Source of the DNA: Minisyncoccia bacterium
GTDB taxonomy: Bacteria; Patescibacteriota; Minisyncoccia; Phycocordibacterales; UBA9973
DNA: 64,000 nt
Direction of reading: 5' to 3'
Assembly (NCBI GenBank): GCA_049303835.1
Contig: JBAQNN010000003.1
Location: forward strand, 114,820-178,819
Under the pieces are notes generated by a model, which made no database searches, was not told where the DNA came from, and saw only the letters and a list, made by a program, of their open reading frames with translations. The position numbers and the translations under genes were made by a program. Shown here in pieces: positions 36,320 to 45,955 of the stretch; position 1 is the first letter of the stretch, and each line of letters begins with the position of its first letter.

Positions 36320-37324
36320 TTAGTACTCTTCATTTATGTCTTTATCATCACCAGGATCTTCGTTGTTGAATAAGGTTTCATCGTTATATGGACTTTCGTC
36401 TTCCTTATCTTCAAAGAAATTAGGTTCTTGCGATTCATTGTTTTTTATCCGTGAAGACCATATTTCAGGATGCCTTAACTCTGGTTCAGGTAATATGGTA
36501 AAAATAGGCTCATAGAATTCCTTTTTATCTGTGAATGGATCTTCGTTTGTTTTAAAGATAGTCTTAAGTGTGTCTGAAAGTATTCTCTTTGTTTGGTAGA
36601 CATTTTCTTTTGTTATTCCATTTCCTCCTGTGTGATTTTTAAACATCGGACCTATGTTTGCCGGTGTTGCTTCTGTAATATTTCTAAGCTGGAACACAGA
36701 AAGAATTACTAAAAGTTGCCATCCTCTATTTGGTTTATGATTTTTTGTATTTGAGCTGAAGCCAAGATCAATATAACTTTTTGTTCCCAAAGTTTTGTCT
36801 TTATAGACAACCTCAACATCTTCCTTCCCATCTTTAATTTTTAGAGTTAATCCATCCCATTGAATCGGTTCGACAAAATCAAATTTAAAAATGTTCTTAT
36901 CTCTCTTTTTTTCTCTATTTTTTACTAAAATATTCTCAACTTCGTTTGTTTTTTCTTCTGGATTTAATTCAAAAATAATTTTTTTAATCCTTGTCTTTAT
37001 ATCTTGTATACTTTCACCATTAATTTGCCCAAGCTGAACAAAATCATAGTTTGGATGTTCGTGGTCTATATACATATCCGGGGATTCATTTTCTAGATCA
37101 AAAGTTATATGAAAATCCACTCCTTTTTTTTGCAGAAATGTTTCAATATCATGTATATGTTTACCATTTTTAAGAACGGTAAAATCTATATCGTCAAAAG
37201 AAATCCAAAGATATTTGTCTTCCAATTCTTCTCCTGGATTATATATTTCAAAACGATCACAACAATATTCTAATTGTTTAAGTATTTCTAAAGTTTCGTG
37301 GTGAAATGTAGATAACTTTTCCAT
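36320..37324 (-). CDS. hypothetical protein (334 aa) with acidic C-terminal tail, encoded immediately downstream of the PHP-SMC ATPase
   Basis: ORF with a hairpin terminator at about 36290-36316; no motif recognised; the 14-nt gap to the upstream gene suggests an operon. Confidence 0.45.
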   Translation of the reverse strand: MEKLSTFHHETLEILKQLEYCCDRFEIYNPGEELEDKYLWISFDDIDFTVLKNGKHIHDIETFLQKKGVDFHITFDLENESPDMYIDHEHPNYDFVQLGQINGESIQDIKTRIKKIIFELNPEEKTNEVENILVKNREKKRDKNIFKFDFVEPIQWDGLTLKIKDGKEDVEVVYKDKTLGTKSYIDLGFSSNTKNHKPNRGWQLLVILSVFQLRNITEATPANIGPMFKNHTGGNGITKENVYQTKRILSDTLKTIFKTNEDPFTDKKEFYEPIFTILPEPELRHPEIWSSRIKNNESQEPNFFEDKEDESPYNDETLFNNEDPGDDKDINEEY

Positions 37325-37338
37325 TAATTTAAAAGATT

Positions 37339-40300
37339 TTATTTTCTGATATATTTATTGCCTCTAATATCAAATGCCGGTAACGTACCCTCTAACACAT
37401 CAGATGCCTTCTTATTCATTTCAATATTCTCTATACTACCAAATGTGTATCTTATTTGATTTTTCTGTTTATTCATTGAAACGGCGACAATTTGCTCCGC
37501 ATCACACACAATAGCTAAATTAGGGTTGTGCGTAACAATGATAATTTGCCTTTTCAACTTTGCTTTCCGTATATAGGGAACGAGCAGTTCAAAAATCGAC
37601 TCATTATCTAGATTTTCCTCTGGCTGATCCATAATCAAAGGTATCCTCTCTTTGTCTATTAGTAGGTAAAAAATGAGCAATAATGCCCCCTTTTCTCCTG
37701 GTGAAAATTCATTACTGTTTAGATCTTTGCCGTTAAATAATACTTTATATTTAACATTTAAGTAATCTAAACCAAAGATGTAATCATAAAATTGTATGTT
37801 CTCTTGTTCTCCACCTTTAAGTTGAGAACGCAGAGTACTTTCTTTTTCAGGATTTTGGGTTTTATCATATTTTAAGTGTTCAATTAATTCTTGTGTAAAA
37901 TTTTTAATTCCAGTAGGACCAGAAAAATCAGTTTTATCAGTAATCTTGTTCAGCACTTTTTGCCCTTTATCTGTATATTGAAAACTACCATCTCGGTTTT
38001 GGTTAATGTAACCAAGAAAGCGATTTGTAAAAGAACTTCTATCAAAAACCACACCGGCATCAAATTCAAGCATACTCCCAGATTCCTCTTGTGTTTTCTT
38101 TTCAACCTCTATAAATCTTTGAATTGGGCGGTAAATATCTTTATAAAAATTAGATTTTTGTTGTAACTCTGTATATAGATTTCCGGCTAGTAAGTCTCTT
38201 TCATTGAGTTCATTTTTTAGGTCAGAGTAAACTTTTTTATCGAGATATTTTATTTCCGTTTCAATTGATTGAATAGTCTCTAGAGTTAAATCATTTGGCT
38301 TACCCTCAATCTCTTTTTTTCTCGCTTCATATTCTTTAATTTTGTTTTGGTATGCAGAATATTTCTTTTGATCTTCTCCTAGAACATTAACCATTTTTTC
38401 CTTTTGTGATTCAAGGTCTGACTTTTTTGCATAAAGACTTTTGGATGAAGGGTTATCATTTTGATCCAACAACTCTTCTAGGTGTTTTTTCTTTTTAGAT
38501 AATTGTTGTTCTGCCTTGTCTAAAATTTTATTATCAACTTTAATACTCAAAAGCTCTGACAAATTGATTGAGAGGAATTTCGCATCTTCTGTAAAGTCTC
38601 TTACTATTGTAGCGGCGCTTTCTGTAATATGTCCAACTGCTGCTTTAAGTTTTACAAGCTTGTTGAGCTTGTCGTTAACTGTTTTTATAGAAGCTTTTGC
38701 GGTTTCAATTTCTTTTGAAATTGTTTCTATTCCGTCCGTTATTTTAGTTAGTTTATCTTGGTCGGTTTTTTTAAGCTGATTTTTGGGCGCAACAACCGTC
38801 TTAGGTTTAATTAAGCTTTTTAATTCCTGCTTTTTACCTTCAAGCTTATTTTGTAGTGATTCTAAATATTGGGGATAAAGTTTCCCCTCCAATTTAACAA
38901 GTCGCTCATTTACAGAATGAAGATCAGCCCTAATCTGCACAACCCTACCTTCGATTGTAGAAGTTTTTACATCTATAAGATCAATAAGGTTTGTCGTATT
39001 TAGTCTATTTTCTTCTGGAATATAGGAAAAAATGACCTTATCTATTTCTCTTTGAAATTGGGAACTTACACCATCTTCATTACATATTGTCTCTACATAT
39101 TTTTGTGGTAAATACTTTATTTTTTCAACCTCTGTAGCACTTACCTTTGCATCAAGATTTTCAGTAATAGATACCCCATCTAACCATGTCATAGTTGCTT
39201 CATAACCTTTTGCTAAACCTCTCTTACGGAATTTATCTTCACGTAGAAAAGAATAGTCTTTTGGATCTATTTTAGTCCTTCCACATAAACCAACTATGTC
39301 AGTTAATGCACTTTTTCCTTGACCTTTTCTTCCAATAATAGCAACTAACCCGGAATTCAAAGAAATTTCACTATTAAACCAACCAGATGTTTGTTTACTG
39401 TCTATATGTCCAACTTTTACAGACTCCACAAATCTTGAACGGTTTGATTCGACATCTAAAAGTTTTTCTGGTTTATCGCCCAAAAAGACTCTCTCTTGTG
39501 GTTCATGAGTAATTTGTTTTAAGCCCTCAAAGGTTTTATCTGCTTTTATCCAAGTGGGGGAAGTGTGTCTTGTGCTATCATTCAAAAACTTTTTCCCAAC
39601 CTTATCATCAAAATCTTCGAAAGAGTGAGCATCACTTCCAGAGATACAGGCTTTTTTCTTTCTTACTTTACCTCTATCATTAAGAAAAAATTCTCTGTCT
39701 TTTCCATCACAGCCAAAATAAATGTCTGCTACTCTCTTATCTGTTTCTTCAGCAACTGCGTTCTTTCTAGAGTTATCCTTTTCCGGCTGTATGCCACCAT
39801 GTCCATGAGCCATGAGTATTCTAAAAAATGGCCGTTTATCACCGAATGTATCTTTGAGAGCTTCGTCGATAAAAGGAATTGTGGTAAAAGCAGTTTTAAA
39901 ATCGTTTTCTGTTTTTAATTCGCTTGCCTTTAGTTTTTTACCATTAGTATTCGTATTTTCTAACTTTAAATTATGTAGAAAGTTTTCTAGTTCTACATCA
40001 TCAATCTTATTATCAAAAACTAAGTGCAAATCATACCCTTCATTGCGATTGTTCGAGGAACGGTCAACTCTTAACTCAATGTTAGGGAAAAATACCTTTT
40101 CTGATTTTGGATATTTTACTTCAAACTTCTTTTTAAAAATAAGGTAATTTTCTACAGAAAAATAGTCTGTTATACCAAAAACTTCCACATCTGCACTTTC
40201 CACCTTTTCGCAAAATTCTATCCATACATCGCTGTTTTGAGTATTAGAATAATTATTATTTAACTTTGTGAAAGGCGTATGAGTATGTAAATCCCATTTT

Positions 40301-40344
40301 CTCCATTCAGAACCCCTGTTAAATTTTGGATCTCCATTATTCAT
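37339..40344 (-). CDS. PHP-domain phosphoesterase fused to an SMC/Rad50/SbcC-like ABC ATPase with coiled-coil insertion (1001 aa)
   Basis: N-terminal PHP motifs WDLHTHTP ... GSDAHS; Walker A GRKGQGKS at about aa 330; roughly 400-aa heptad-rich coiled coil without a CxxC hook; C-terminal signature-like FSPGEKG, Walker B PLIMDQPE, H-loop IVTHNPN. Confidence 0.7.
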   Translation of the reverse strand: MNNGDPKFNRGSEWRKWDLHTHTPFTKLNNNYSNTQNSDVWIEFCEKVESADVEVFGITDYFSVENYLIFKKKFEVKYPKSEKVFFPNIELRVDRSSNNRNEGYDLHLVFDNKIDDVELENFLHNLKLENTNTNGKKLKASELKTENDFKTAFTTIPFIDEALKDTFGDKRPFFRILMAHGHGGIQPEKDNSRKNAVAEETDKRVADIYFGCDGKDREFFLNDRGKVRKKKACISGSDAHSFEDFDDKVGKKFLNDSTRHTSPTWIKADKTFEGLKQITHEPQERVFLGDKPEKLLDVESNRSRFVESVKVGHIDSKQTSGWFNSEISLNSGLVAIIGRKGQGKSALTDIVGLCGRTKIDPKDYSFLREDKFRKRGLAKGYEATMTWLDGVSITENLDAKVSATEVEKIKYLPQKYVETICNEDGVSSQFQREIDKVIFSYIPEENRLNTTNLIDLIDVKTSTIEGRVVQIRADLHSVNERLVKLEGKLYPQYLESLQNKLEGKKQELKSLIKPKTVVAPKNQLKKTDQDKLTKITDGIETISKEIETAKASIKTVNDKLNKLVKLKAAVGHITESAATIVRDFTEDAKFLSINLSELLSIKVDNKILDKAEQQLSKKKKHLEELLDQNDNPSSKSLYAKKSDLESQKEKMVNVLGEDQKKYSAYQNKIKEYEARKKEIEGKPNDLTLETIQSIETEIKYLDKKVYSDLKNELNERDLLAGNLYTELQQKSNFYKDIYRPIQRFIEVEKKTQEESGSMLEFDAGVVFDRSSFTNRFLGYINQNRDGSFQYTDKGQKVLNKITDKTDFSGPTGIKNFTQELIEHLKYDKTQNPEKESTLRSQLKGGEQENIQFYDYIFGLDYLNVKYKVLFNGKDLNSNEFSPGEKGALLLIFYLLIDKERIPLIMDQPEENLDNESIFELLVPYIRKAKLKRQIIIVTHNPNLAIVCDAEQIVAVSMNKQKNQIRYTFGSIENIEMNKKASDVLEGTLPAFDIRGNKYIRK

Positions 40345-40399
40345 GTTTATGCTCAGAGTATAGCATTTTTTGCTAAAAAAACATTATAACTAATAGGGT

Positions 40400-40621
40400 A
40401 TATTAGTTTTACACTTTCTTTATATTTCTTCCCCACAAACACTGCTAACATCAGCAGCGCCATCAATTTTTAACCGGTTATCATTAGATGAGAAGTTTAA
40501 AAAGTATAAAAACGATACAGTTACTAGATATATATATTATGGTTGCACAAAAGCACGAGGTACTGATTCTAAATGTGGATATACTGAAGAAGTAGCATTT
40601 GCTATTTTGTTGCTAATATGA
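40400..40621 (+). pseudogene. possible remnant of a second serine-recombinase zinc-ribbon region (no start codon)
   Basis: Open frame ...RLSLDEKFKKYKNDTVTRYIYYGCTKARGTDSKCGYTEE... loosely resembles the ...KKHIYLGARCDKSCPNTRK... region of the 30900..32603 recombinase; weak. Confidence 0.2.
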
Positions 40622-40632
40622 TAAGGTAAGCT

Positions 40633-40655
40633 AATAGTTAGTTTGCCTAACTATT
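40633..40655. promoter_or_regulatory. perfect 9-bp inverted repeat AATAGTTAG-n5-CTAACTATT upstream of the MarR gene (candidate operator)
   Basis: Read in the sequence 28 nt upstream of the marR-like ATG. Confidence 0.45.
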
Positions 40656-40682
40656 TTATTATAACTAAACAATCTCAATGAT

Positions 40683-41096
40683 ATGATTTTAGAAAAAGAT
40701 TTAGAAAATGCAATGTTATCTTTTCGTCGTAAAATGACGGATGAAATGCACAAACAAGCAAAATTGTTAAATTTTAGCACTTCTCAATTAGAAGTTTTAT
40801 ACTATGTTATAAAAAAAGGTAATCCAACAATGAAAAACATAGCTGATAAATTACGAATTACTCCACCATCAGTTACAAGCATTATAGAATCTCTTTACGA
40901 TAGGGGGCTATTAAAAAGAGAATTTGATGAAAAAGATCGTAGAACTATAAGGATTACTGCTACTCAAAAAACATTTAAACTTTTCTCTGTATTTAAAGAT
41001 AAAAAATTATTAATTTTAAAAAACTTGTTTTCAAAATTAAGCAATGAAAACAAGAAACAACTTATTAAAATAATCAATATTATAATTAAAGATTAA
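40683..41096 (+). CDS. MarR family transcriptional regulator
   Basis: Winged-helix MarR pattern (LEVLYYV...NIADKLRITPPSVTSIIESLYDRGLLKRE...DRR); 137 aa. Confidence 0.8.
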   Translation: MILEKDLENAMLSFRRKMTDEMHKQAKLLNFSTSQLEVLYYVIKKGNPTMKNIADKLRITPPSVTSIIESLYDRGLLKREFDEKDRRTIRITATQKTFKLFSVFKDKKLLILKNLFSKLSNENKKQLIKIINIIIKD

Positions 41097-41101
41097 AAAT
41101 T

Positions 41102-42181
41102 ATGAAACAACATATAAAATCATTACCACATCATCCAAAGAGAGTAGTCGTACTCTCTTTGATTGTCGCCCTCACAGTGGGTACTTTTGGTTATCTGCAA
41201 ATTAATAAAAAGGTCGCTACCCCGGTGATACCAGAAAGTACAAAGAGTGATGTGACGAATTTATCTTCTGGCAACCTGACCTTGGGCTTTTTGGCTTCTG
41301 GACGAATTAAGTCTGTTTCCGTAAAGGCTGGCGATACAGTTACCAAAGGCCAAGTACTTGCGGAGCTGGATGCAGGTAATACTTTGGGTGCCCTTACTCA
41401 AGCCCGGGCTGCATATAAAGGCGCACAGGCTAGTTATCAAAAAGTGATCAATGGTGCGACTGGTACTACCATAGATGTGGTCAAGGCTGCTTTAAATACC
41501 GCAAAGACAAATCTGGAACAAGTAACTAATCAACAGAATACTTTGGTTATCAATGCGAGACGAAAACTTTATTCGGATAGTCTAGTGGCTGTATCAAATG
41601 ACGATACTAGGAGAAATATTATTCCTACAATTACGGGTAACTACGATGGATCACAAGAAGGCCAGTATAAAATCTATTTTGCAGATTTTAATGCTCTATA
41701 TAACAGAAATGAGGTATCTTTTTTGGGTCTAGAAAGAGGTATCGCAGAAAAAAGTGATGTACCCCAAAAGTTTGGCACAAAGGGACTTCTAATTGCATTT
41801 CCTGAGGCAGATTATCGTCTCGATGATAGGTGGATAGTAGATATACCAAATAAAAACGGGGCAAACTATGTCGCCAATCTAAATGCATATCAATCTGCAA
41901 TTCAAACAAAAGATCAATCTATTGCTACAGCCCAAGCATCCCTTGATCAAGCAAATGCAAACCTTGTTTCTATAGCGACTACTGCTCGCCCAGAAGATGT
42001 TGAGGGAGCTCAAGCGCAAGTGAATAGTGCGCTTGGAGCCGTACAAATTGCGGAAGCTGCTTACAACAATACTATTATTACTGCGCCGACGGACGGCACT
42101 ATTACCTCAGTGGTAATTGCGGCTGGACAAATAGCAGTACCGAATGCTTCTGCTATCGAATTAAAAACTAATAATTTTTAA
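41102..42181 (+). CDS. HlyD-family periplasmic adaptor (membrane fusion protein)
   Basis: N-terminal TM; biotin-lipoyl-like GRIKSVSVKAGDTVTKGQVLAELD; long helical hairpin; C-terminal beta domain. Confidence 0.6.
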   Translation: MKQHIKSLPHHPKRVVVLSLIVALTVGTFGYLQINKKVATPVIPESTKSDVTNLSSGNLTLGFLASGRIKSVSVKAGDTVTKGQVLAELDAGNTLGALTQARAAYKGAQASYQKVINGATGTTIDVVKAALNTAKTNLEQVTNQQNTLVINARRKLYSDSLVAVSNDDTRRNIIPTITGNYDGSQEGQYKIYFADFNALYNRNEVSFLGLERGIAEKSDVPQKFGTKGLLIAFPEADYRLDDRWIVDIPNKNGANYVANLNAYQSAIQTKDQSIATAQASLDQANANLVSIATTARPEDVEGAQAQVNSALGAVQIAEAAYNNTIITAPTDGTITSVVIAAGQIAVPNASAIELKTNNF

Positions 42182-42191
42182 ATTACATTAT

Positions 42192-42872
42192 ATGGAAACA
42201 AATATCAAAAAAGCACTTGAAGCAGAAGAAGGTTTTGAAGAAAAAATTAAAAAACAACATATATTAAAAACACCCTGGATACGAAGTGCAATATATTTTG
42301 TTGTTATCTTTGGTTTACTAGGTATTTTTCTCTTTTGGCAAGCAGAACGTGGTAGTATATCTATTGAAAATTCATATTTAGATGCACCAATTGTAAATCT
42401 TACCCCAACTTCACCTGGAACCTTAAATGCATTATATGTTAAAGAGGGAGACAGAGTGCAAGCGAACTCACAAATAGCATTAGTTGGTTCACAAATAATT
42501 TATACTAAAGAAGGCGGTATTATTTCTAGTGCACCCCTTGTTTTGGGTTCCTACTATGCTCCTGGGCAGACTGTTGTTTCTGTCGTTAATGACGAGAAAA
42601 TGAGAGTTATAGGAAAAATAGAAGAAACTAAGGGATTAGATAGTATAAAAGTCGGGCAACGTGCTACTTTTACTGTTGATACGTTTCCTGACAATGAATA
42701 TGAAGGTGTCGTTAATGAAATAAGTCCAGTATCAAACAATAGTGGTATTTTATTTTCTATTTCAGACAAAAGACCAGTCAATAAGTTTAACGTCTATATA
42801 ACATTTGATGTATCTAAATATCCAGAATTAAAATCTGGCATGTCTGCTAAGTTATTGGTATATAGCAGATAG
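42192..42872 (+). CDS. HlyD/EmrA-like secretion (adaptor) protein
   Basis: TM anchor; lipoyl-like LNALYVKEGDRVQANSQIALV; sits directly upstream of the EmrB-type MFS pump. Confidence 0.55.
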   Translation: METNIKKALEAEEGFEEKIKKQHILKTPWIRSAIYFVVIFGLLGIFLFWQAERGSISIENSYLDAPIVNLTPTSPGTLNALYVKEGDRVQANSQIALVGSQIIYTKEGGIISSAPLVLGSYYAPGQTVVSVVNDEKMRVIGKIEETKGLDSIKVGQRATFTVDTFPDNEYEGVVNEISPVSNNSGILFSISDKRPVNKFNVYITFDVSKYPELKSGMSAKLLVYSR

Positions 42873-42880
42873 TCAACTGT

Positions 42881-44392
42881 ATGACAAACACTGAAGTAAA
42901 AAAACCGACTCACTCTCCTTGGATTGTACTTATGACTGTAATGGTAGGTACTCTTCTTATTGGTCTTGATCGTACAGTAGTCAACCTAGGATTACCTGGA
43001 ATGATTAGCGATTTTAATATAACCGTTTCTGCTGCTGGTTGGATTGCAACTTCCTATATAATTTCAAACGCAGTTTTTGTGCCAGTTTTTGGCAAACTTG
43101 GAGATAAACTTGGCAATAGGGTTATTTATTTATGGAGTTTTGTTGCTTTTGTGGCTATCTCTGTATTTGCGGGGTTTTCTTGGAATTTATCCTCCATGAT
43201 ATTTTTTCGGGTACTTCAAGGACTCGTTGGGGCTGCTGTATATCCAACCGCTATGGCTCTTATTGCAAAAACTTTTACTAATCCCCAACAAAGAACCCAA
43301 GCACTTGGCCTTTGGTCTGCATCTTTTGCTGTTTCTGCAGTACTCGGGCCACTTATTGGAGGACCACTAATTGATAATCTATCTTGGAGATGGCTTTTCT
43401 ATATAAATCTTCCCGTTGGTATTATAGGTATTTTTATGACGCTTTGGTATTTACCACACGACAAACCCGTAGATAAAAAATCTGGTTTTGACTACAAGGG
43501 AGCAAGTGTTCTTGCCATAGCTCTTACCTCACTCGTCCTTGTTCTTGAAAAGGGTCGTGATTGGGGCTGGGGTTCTTGGGAAAGTGTTACTTTTTATGCT
43601 CTAGTGGTGATAGCCTTAATTGTTTTCTATTTTATTGAAAAAAGATCCAAAGATCCAATCGTTGACCTAAAATTGTTCAGCAACCGCATCTACTCGAACA
43701 TTTTGCTTCTCTCGTTTATCTCTTTCGGAGGCATGATGGGCGCAATGTTCCTTCTGCCTGTTTTTGCGCAAACCTATCTTGGTTTTAATGCTACAGAAAC
43801 CGGTTTCCTGTTTATTCCAATGGCACTTTCTATGTTTGTGGCAGCACCATTGGGGGGTTATTTATCACGTAAAATTCCTTTGAAATATCTTGTAAGTATT
43901 GGAATGGCAATTTCGGCTTTTGGTATTTATCTTTTCTCTGGGCTAGATGTAAAAACAACTGCACTTGACCTCACTATACCTCTCGTTGTTTTTGCTTTAG
44001 GTTTGGGGCTAGGTATGGCGCCAATGACGGCCGCCGCAACGAACTCTGTACCTGCAAACGAGGTTGGCGTTTCTTCTGCACTGCTTAACCTTGTGCGAAA
44101 TATCGCGGGGGCCGTAGGCATTGCCTTTTTTAGTACAGTCTTAAGTAATATTATTGAGTCAAATGTAATTCAGCTTGGTCAAGATGCGATTATTAATACT
44201 ACCAACCCGCAAGTAATACAGACAGTTAGCGCTCTAGTTATTCTCAAAGCACAAGTAATGGCATATGCAGATGTATTCGTTATCGCTTCTTCTATTATGG
44301 CCCTCGGTGTTATTGTGGCGCTCTTTCTACGACAGCCTCCAGAACAGCCAAAACGATCAGAAGATGTAGCGTTAGCCACGGCTATACATTAA
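42881..44392 (+). CDS. MFS transporter, DHA2 (EmrB/QacA, 14-TMS) drug-efflux family
   Basis: 14 predicted TM segments; motif A region GKLGDKLGNR; 503 aa. Confidence 0.8.
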   Translation: MTNTEVKKPTHSPWIVLMTVMVGTLLIGLDRTVVNLGLPGMISDFNITVSAAGWIATSYIISNAVFVPVFGKLGDKLGNRVIYLWSFVAFVAISVFAGFSWNLSSMIFFRVLQGLVGAAVYPTAMALIAKTFTNPQQRTQALGLWSASFAVSAVLGPLIGGPLIDNLSWRWLFYINLPVGIIGIFMTLWYLPHDKPVDKKSGFDYKGASVLAIALTSLVLVLEKGRDWGWGSWESVTFYALVVIALIVFYFIEKRSKDPIVDLKLFSNRIYSNILLLSFISFGGMMGAMFLLPVFAQTYLGFNATETGFLFIPMALSMFVAAPLGGYLSRKIPLKYLVSIGMAISAFGIYLFSGLDVKTTALDLTIPLVVFALGLGLGMAPMTAAATNSVPANEVGVSSALLNLVRNIAGAVGIAFFSTVLSNIIESNVIQLGQDAIINTTNPQVIQTVSALVILKAQVMAYADVFVIASSIMALGVIVALFLRQPPEQPKRSEDVALATAIH

Positions 44393-44422
44393 CGAAGAGA
44401 CAAATGAGTCTTCCCTTGTTAA

Positions 44423-44803
44423 CTAAAGTGCGTAGGCAATGAGCGCCACCGCCAAACCAATAAGAATAGCATAGATAACAATCTGCCATGCCTTGCGCTT
44501 ATCTTTTGCGCGTAATTCAGCTTGAGACACGCTTTCTGTTTTGCCGACATCTCCAAAGTTAAAGAGCGAGGCAAAGCCAAAGTAGGCGCAAAAATGCATG
44601 TATGCTTGCAGAAATCCTGTTGCCGACATCATCGCTGACAAAAAGAGCGTAAGCCGCCAGATAGATGGGATATCAAACCAGATAAATATTGCCCACAGCG
44701 CGATGGTCGCAATGAGCCCTATCCATCCCGCTTGTTTTCGTTTGTTGATTTCTGCAGGGCCGATATTGCAAACCCCGGGAATATATTTATTTTGCATTTC
44801 CAT
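44423..44803 (-). CDS. hypothetical integral membrane protein (126 aa)
   Basis: Three or four hydrophobic helices; no family recognised. Confidence 0.4.
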   Translation of the reverse strand: MEMQNKYIPGVCNIGPAEINKRKQAGWIGLIATIALWAIFIWFDIPSIWRLTLFLSAMMSATGFLQAYMHFCAYFGFASLFNFGDVGKTESVSQAELRAKDKRKAWQIVIYAILIGLAVALIAYAL

Positions 44804-44817
44804 AAAATTTGTCGTGC

Positions 44818-45405
44818 TTAATTTTCTCTTGCTGTTTTAAGTGCCTTTGCCCACCAAAAAAGTCTAGAAATCATATTTTGAGCCTTATCCTCGTAGCTCG
44901 CCAAGAGCTTTAGATGGTCGCCACCTCCCATTATCACTGGAAAATACTGCTCTCCGTTTATATGAATTGCTTCCCGAATAGGTGCCATTTGAAGTTCAAT
45001 GGCAATAAGACGCAATTGCTCCACAGCACGTGCTCCACCAACAGATCCATAACTCACAAATGCAATAGGTTTGTTGTTCCATTCTGGACCAATCCAATCA
45101 ATCGCATTTTTCAATACGCCGGAAGTGCTGTGATTATATTCCGGTGTCACCATTATAAACGCATCTCCTTCATCAATCTTTTTTGTGAAGCGAGCAACGG
45201 CTTCATTCTCATAGGGTTCCTTTTTAAAGGAAGGGCTGACCGCCTCGTTAAAGAACGGCATATCGTAATCACGTAGGTCAAGCATTTCGACGATAATACC
45301 GGTTTGTTTTTTTATCTCCTCTGTAATCCAAGCAGCTGCTTTATCTGAAAAACGTCCCTCACGCGTACTGCCGATAATTACCTTTATTTTTATTAATGTT
45401 TTCAT
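44818..45405 (-). CDS. NAD(P)H-dependent FMN reductase (flavodoxin-like fold)
   Basis: MKTLIKIKVIIGSTREGRFS N-terminus and ...TPEYNHS... pattern typical of the NADPH-dependent FMN reductase family. Confidence 0.7.
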   Translation of the reverse strand: MKTLIKIKVIIGSTREGRFSDKAAAWITEEIKKQTGIIVEMLDLRDYDMPFFNEAVSPSFKKEPYENEAVARFTKKIDEGDAFIMVTPEYNHSTSGVLKNAIDWIGPEWNNKPIAFVSYGSVGGARAVEQLRLIAIELQMAPIREAIHINGEQYFPVIMGGGDHLKLLASYEDKAQNMISRLFWWAKALKTAREN

Positions 45406-45478
45406 AATGATTTTATTTATATACCATCCTTGGAAAATTCAGCTACTCTTTTCTAAGAATATTGTTATTTCTTCAAAA

Positions 45479-45805
45479 TTAGTTTTTTGATATTCTTTCG
45501 CCAATTTTAATCATGCCGTCGTAGATAGGGAGAAGATCGGACCCAAACCTTGTTAAGGTATATGTCACAGACAGCTTATCGATAGTTTCTTCGGTTCGAG
45601 CAATCGCTTTTATTTCTTCAAGTCGCTTTAAGCGAGCACTCAACGTAGCTGAGTTAATAGATAATATATTTCCGATTTCCTTGAAACGCATTTCACCATT
45701 TCTAAGAGTGCTTACTATTCGCAAAGTCCATTTGTCTCCAAGCAACTTGAAAACACTACGGCAAATAGGATCTGATGGTGTTAAAGATTGTTTTAATTTT
45801 TTCAT
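45479..45805 (-). CDS. HxlR family transcriptional regulator
   Basis: CRSVFKLLGDKWTLRIVSTLRNGEMRFKEI...LSARLKRLEE: canonical HxlR-type wHTH. Confidence 0.8.
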   Translation of the reverse strand: MKKLKQSLTPSDPICRSVFKLLGDKWTLRIVSTLRNGEMRFKEIGNILSINSATLSARLKRLEEIKAIARTEETIDKLSVTYTLTRFGSDLLPIYDGMIKIGERISKN

Positions 45806-45837
45806 CGTGTTGTAATGGTTAAACCAATTGATTTATT

Positions 45838-45872
45838 TTATAAAGTGCTTTACAATATAAACTACTTTATAA
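45838..45872. promoter_or_regulatory. inverted repeat TTATAAAGT-n17-ACTTTATAA in the divergent HxlR/NmrA-like intergenic region (candidate operator)
   Basis: Read in the sequence. Confidence 0.35.
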
Positions 45873-45955
45873 TATAAATTGATAATATCATGTGCTCGTA
45901 ATAAAAACAAGTGGTCGTAAATATTATAAGTATTAATAATAATAATAAAATAAAT

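Larger units (their letters stand above)
30874..40621. mobile_element. integrated element at the tRNA-Glu locus (serine recombinase, PrimPol-helicase, mini-PolX, PHP-SMC ATPase); the right boundary is approximate
   Basis: Recombinase gene overlaps the tRNA 3' end; pseudo-tRNA fragment adjacent; replication and recombination gene content; no att duplication found, so the extent is inferred. Confidence 0.5.
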
